NCBI GenBank assembly: GCA_041164085.1
Contig: JBEAQC010000054.1
Span: 1 to 53,329, forward strand
From: Actinomycetota bacterium
GTDB taxonomy: Bacteria > Actinomycetota > Actinomycetes > S36-B12
Reading direction: 5' to 3'
DNA length: 53,329 bases
Position 1 is the stretch's first letter. Every line of letters begins with the position of its first letter. The notes under the pieces were generated by a model. That model was not told the DNA's origin and did no database searches. It saw only the letters and a list, made by a program, of their open reading frames with translations. Both the position numbers and the translations under genes were made by a program. This document shows, one piece after another, positions 49,835 through 53,329 of this stretch.

Positions 49835-51525
49835 AACATGCAGGCCTGATCTCCTTCGCCGCCGCGCTCCCGCTCGTGGCCGGGTGCGCGACCATCCCCA
49901 CAAGCGGGCCGATCCAGCAGGGCGCCGAGGTCGGGGTCGAAACGACCAACCAGGTGATTCGCGTCATCGCGCGGCCGCCGCAGCCGGACATGACTCCGAC
50001 CCAGATCGTCTCCGGCTTCCTGCAGGCATCGGCCTCGTTCGAGGACAACCACGCCGTTGCCCGCGAGTACCTGACGCCCAGTGCAGCGACCACGTGGGAC
50101 CCCGCGCGCGGCGTGGCTGTCTACGACGGCGTACCCACGATCGTGCCCGACGGGCTCACGGACGTCGACATGACCGCCACGAGCGTTGGTCGCATCGACG
50201 ACGAGGGCCACTACGACGTGGCGACCCCGGGGGATCTCATCGATCTCACCTTCACGATGGAGTTCATCAACGGCAACTGGCGGATCGCGACACCACCGCC
50301 GGGATTGCTCCTGTCGCGATCCGATGTCGAGCGGGCCTTCCGCGTCTACGAGGTCTTCTTCCTTGATCCATCATTCACCACCCTCGTCCCCGATCCCCGC
50401 TACTTCCCTGTGGATGGCCCCACCGCCGCCACCGCCATCACGCGGGCGCTGCTGAGTGGACCCACGGAATGGCTGGCGCCCGCCGTGCGCACCGGCTTCC
50501 CCGACGGGACGACGCTGGCTGTCGATGCGGTCCCCGTCGTCGATGGGGTCGCCCGGGTGGATCTGGACCCGCAGGTCCGCCTCGCCGACGAGGAGACGCG
50601 ACAAGCCTTCTCAGCGCAACTGGTGTGGAGCCTTCGTCAGGCGCCGGGGGTGCGATTCATCGATCTCAACGCCGGTGGCCAGGTGCTCGACGTGCCCGGC
50701 GCCATCAACCCTCAGGCGATGGACTCCTGGCCGGGTTTCAACCCCAATGGCATGCCCGCAGGTGCCGACTCCTTCGGCGTCATTGCCGGCCGGGTCGTGG
50801 ACCTCGACCGCAATCCCCCACTGCCCATCCCCGGCGGCGCCGGCCTGGGCAGCCCGCCTCTCTCGGGTATCGCCGTGTCCCTGCAGGCTAACCGAGTCGC
50901 AGGACTCGACGCGGACGCTCGACTGTGGATCGGTGACGTCTCTGCCGGTGCCCCCCTCACTCCGGCCATCGAGGACCCGGGTCAGTCGCGTCCGTCCTTC
51001 GGTCGTGGCGACGACGTCTGGGTCGTCGGACCCGATGGGCTTCTCCGGCGCGTGAGCGAGACCGGCGAGGTGGTCGAGGTGCAGGTCGATGGGCTGCCGC
51101 CGAAGGCGGTGCTCCAGTCAGCGTCGGTCAGCAGGGACGGCACGCGGATTGCCATGACGGTGCGTCGCGGTCCACGCACCTTCGTGATGCTCGCCGTCAT
51201 CACGGTACGAGAGGAGGTCTCTCGCGTCGAGTCACCCGTGCGCGTAGACAACCGCCTGACGACCGTCACCGACGTCGCGTGGGCCGACGATGATCGACTC
51301 GTCGCCATCGGCGTGGAGGGGGCTGGTGCGCCCTCGGTCTACGAGATCGACCTGAGCCGAGGGCAGGTGCGATCGCTGGGTGGACCTCCCGGTATCACGC
51401 GCATCGCCGCCGCGCCCGGCGCCCCGATCCTGGCCGCTACGGAGGAGGGTCGGATCTGGACCTACACGTCAGGGCCCTGGCGCCTGGGACCGGAGGGGAC
51501 GAGCCCGGCATATCCGGGGAGTTGA
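49831..51525 (+). CDS. lpqB: Lipoprotein LpqB (MtrAB accessory)
   Basis: 564 aa from ATG 49831 (ATGA overlap with the mtrB stop). Lipobox LVAGC. GerMN-like and beta-propeller-like regions, as in actinobacterial LpqB. Confidence 0.9.
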   Translation: MKHAGLISFAAALPLVAGCATIPTSGPIQQGAEVGVETTNQVIRVIARPPQPDMTPTQIVSGFLQASASFEDNHAVAREYLTPSAATTWDPARGVAVYDGVPTIVPDGLTDVDMTATSVGRIDDEGHYDVATPGDLIDLTFTMEFINGNWRIATPPPGLLLSRSDVERAFRVYEVFFLDPSFTTLVPDPRYFPVDGPTAATAITRALLSGPTEWLAPAVRTGFPDGTTLAVDAVPVVDGVARVDLDPQVRLADEETRQAFSAQLVWSLRQAPGVRFIDLNAGGQVLDVPGAINPQAMDSWPGFNPNGMPAGADSFGVIAGRVVDLDRNPPLPIPGGAGLGSPPLSGIAVSLQANRVAGLDADARLWIGDVSAGAPLTPAIEDPGQSRPSFGRGDDVWVVGPDGLLRRVSETGEVVEVQVDGLPPKAVLQSASVSRDGTRIAMTVRRGPRTFVMLAVITVREEVSRVESPVRVDNRLTTVTDVAWADDDRLVAIGVEGAGAPSVYEIDLSRGQVRSLGGPPGITRIAAAPGAPILAATEEGRIWTYTSGPWRLGPEGTSPAYPGS

Positions 51526-51530
51526 GCGGC

Positions 51531-52577
51531 TCAGGCGGCGCCGGTCGCAACGATGCAGGTGCCTGACGGCGACACCCACGCGCCCGGTTCTCCGGGCGCC
51601 CACACGCCGGCACGCCCGCGCGGAATGACCTGACCTTCACCCGCGCCCGACGTGATGGCGACGTCACCCTCCCAGGCAAGCACGACGCGATGCCTGCCCG
51701 AGGCGAGCTCGCGCGGGGTGTCGACGAGCGCTAGGTCGAAGGGCATGCCCTCGGGCGTCAGCGCATCCCCGGTCCCACCCCACATGCGATGGCAGCCGCG
51801 ATCGGGCCGGACGGCAGCCAGGGCATCGTCGATGGAGATCGGCTTGCTCGTCAGGCCGAGCCGCAGCACGTTGTCGGATGTGGTCATGACCTCGACGCCT
51901 AGTCCCCCGACATACGAGTGCACCACCCCGGCGGGCACCGCGATCGCCTCCCCTGGCTGCAAAGTGTCGTGACGCAGCAGGGCAACGACGGCGATGCCGG
52001 GGTCACCGGGGAATTCTTCGGCCACACGGGACAGCGCGAGGAGCGCGTCAGCGCCCCAGCCCGCACGACGCGCGGCCTCGACCAGACCCTTGGGTGTTCC
52101 CGCCTCCAGCAGTCGCGGAATAGCCGCTCCGTACTCCCCCCGCCGGACCAGGTCCACCAGATCTGGAGCCACTCCCGCCTCGGCAAGGGCGTCGGCAGCC
52201 TGGTCGGGCTGACGCCAGCCCGCGTGGATATCGAACGGGGTCAGCGCGACGAGCATCTCGGACTTCTCCTCGCGATCGGCAAAGAGGCCGGGGTCGCGCT
52301 CCCAGCCCGACCGCGCGGTAGCCGCGTCGGGATGCACTTGGATCGACAGGGGGCGTGCGGCCGCGAGCAGCTTCACCAAGGGCATCCCGACGTGCTCGTC
52401 CAACTCATCCAGCCGGCACCCCGTGTCAGGCCCGGCGATGACCGTGGTCGGCCCCGCGGGATGGGTGCCGAACCACACCTCGGCCTGGGGACGACCGGTG
52501 GCCTGACTCCACTGGGACAGGCCATCAACGGCGCCCCAGTCGTAGTCCTTCAGTGCGCCCGCGACGATGTGCGGCAT
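51531..52577 (-). CDS. manA: Mannose-6-phosphate isomerase, class I
   Basis: 348 aa from ATG 52577. DYDWG, EVWFGTHP, LSIQVHP and KSEMLVAL motifs. The 433-aa track ORF is over-extended. Confidence 0.88.
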   Translation of the reverse strand: MPHIVAGALKDYDWGAVDGLSQWSQATGRPQAEVWFGTHPAGPTTVIAGPDTGCRLDELDEHVGMPLVKLLAAARPLSIQVHPDAATARSGWERDPGLFADREEKSEMLVALTPFDIHAGWRQPDQAADALAEAGVAPDLVDLVRRGEYGAAIPRLLEAGTPKGLVEAARRAGWGADALLALSRVAEEFPGDPGIAVVALLRHDTLQPGEAIAVPAGVVHSYVGGLGVEVMTTSDNVLRLGLTSKPISIDDALAAVRPDRGCHRMWGGTGDALTPEGMPFDLALVDTPRELASGRHRVVLAWEGDVAITSGAGEGQVIPRGRAGVWAPGEPGAWVSPSGTCIVATGAA

Positions 52578-52765
52578 CAGTCGACCGGGGGGACGGCCTC
52601 GTCCAGGAGCATGACGGGAATGCCATCGCGCACGGGAAACCCTCGTCCACACGACGTGCACACGAGGAGTTCGCGGGACGCATCGACCTCGAGCGGAGCG
52701 TGCACCTCGCATGGGCAGGCGAGGATCTCCAACAGGAGTGGATCCAGACCCAGGGTCTCCGGCAC
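52577..52765 (-). CDS. Trm112 family protein
   Basis: 62 aa from GTG 52765, with AAGGAGG 6 nt upstream. LLEILACPC...LVCTSCGRGFPVRDGIPVML is the Trm112/DUF343 zinc-ribbon signature. Confidence 0.85.
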   Translation of the reverse strand: MPETLGLDPLLLEILACPCEVHAPLEVDASRELLVCTSCGRGFPVRDGIPVMLLDEAVPPVD

Positions 52766-52776
52766 AGCAGTCCTCC

Positions 52777-53329
52777 TTAGGAGCGGACGATGGCGAGCAC
52801 CTCGTCGCGAACGGCCTCCATGGTGCCACCATCCACCGCCTCGACGTTCAGCCGGAGCAGTGGCTCGGTGTTGCTCGGTCTGAGGTTGAACCACCAGTCT
52901 GCCCCGGACACCGTCATGCCGTCGAGGTCATCGAAGGTCACGCCCGATCGGTCAGCGAAGGCGCGCCTCACCCGCGTGCTCGCTGCGACGGCATCATCGA
53001 CCACGGAATTGATCTCCCCGCTGGCGACATACCGGTCAAACTCCGCCAGCAGGCTCGACAGGGTGGTCCCCGCCGGCGCGGCCCCGAGCGCCGCCAGGAC
53101 ATGCATCGCCGCGAGCATGCCCGAGTCCGCACGCCAGAAGTCCGTGAAGTAAAAGTGCCCTGAGTGCTCCCCGCCGAAGATCGCACCCGTCTCAGCCATA
53201 CGCGCCTTGATGAAGGAGTGACCCACACGCGTGCGCTCGGCGACGCCGCCGTGCTCGGCTATGACCTCGGGCACAGTCCGCGAACTGATGCAGTTGTAGA
53301 TGATCGTCGCTCCCGGGTGCCTGTCCAAC
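52777..53329 (-). CDS. Phosphomannomutase/phosphoglucomutase, C-terminal part (5' end beyond the right edge)
   Basis: GHSFIKARMAETGAIFGGEHSGHFYF and LRPSNTEPLLRLNVEA are alpha-D-phosphohexomutase domain III/IV motifs. Confidence 0.9.
   Translation of the reverse strand, partial: LDRHPGATIIYNCISSRTVPEVIAEHGGVAERTRVGHSFIKARMAETGAIFGGEHSGHFYFTDFWRADSGMLAAMHVLAALGAAPAGTTLSSLLAEFDRYVASGEINSVVDDAVAASTRVRRAFADRSGVTFDDLDGMTVSGADWWFNLRPSNTEPLLRLNVEAVDGGTMEAVRDEVLAIVRS

Overview
This is a high-GC (about 70% by eye) actinobacterial chromosome segment, probably Micrococcales-like, packed almost end to end with housekeeping genes. I call 55 protein-coding genes, 3 tRNAs and a few regulatory or structured sites. 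All product calls rest on motif and family recognition by eye; I ran no BLAST, HMM or covariance search.

Two blocks are recognisably syntenic with Mycobacterium tuberculosis. (i) 1192..35828 carries UDG, ppx, DUF501, ftsB, eno, DUF885, mazG, mfd, pth, rplY, prs, glmU, tRNA-Gln, ispE, rsmA, tatD, metG, rsmI, PMT, then galU, moeA, moaC, a rimJ-like GNAT, 5-FCL, a ruc-like gene, SAF and mscL (the Rv0985c..Rv1026 neighbourhood). (ii) 40654..53329 carries secA, comF, ahcY, mtrA, mtrB, lpqB, manA and manB (the Rv3240c..Rv3257c neighbourhood). A roughly 4.8 kb wedge of less conserved genes (35890..40643) joins them.

I found no transposase, integrase, phage gene, CRISPR array, toxin-antitoxin pair, defence system or biosynthetic cluster. 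I do not see a convincing novel multi-gene system here.

The leads most worth a second look:
- A perfect CIRCE (HrcA) operator in front of a Ruc-like zinc-ribbon gene, in a divergent region shared with an ABC-2/CrcB operon.
- A 74-nt class-I tRNA whose only drawable anticodon is UAA (a Leu/UUA reader), bracketed by 27/31-identical direct repeats.
- A family-5 uracil-DNA glycosylase whose Fe-S CxxC motif lies upstream of any canonical in-frame start, next to a C4 homopolymer.
- An apparent in-place inversion of the ahcY-mtrAB-lpqB block, with a pseudo-receiver LuxR regulator where hpf normally sits.
- A 23-bp-stem hairpin after ahcY.
- An operator-like palindrome in front of a desaturase-TetR operon.

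Many long ORFs in the supplied track are high-GC antisense or off-frame artefacts, or carry N-terminal over-extensions. I trimmed starts where start/stop coupling or a Shine-Dalgarno site supports it.
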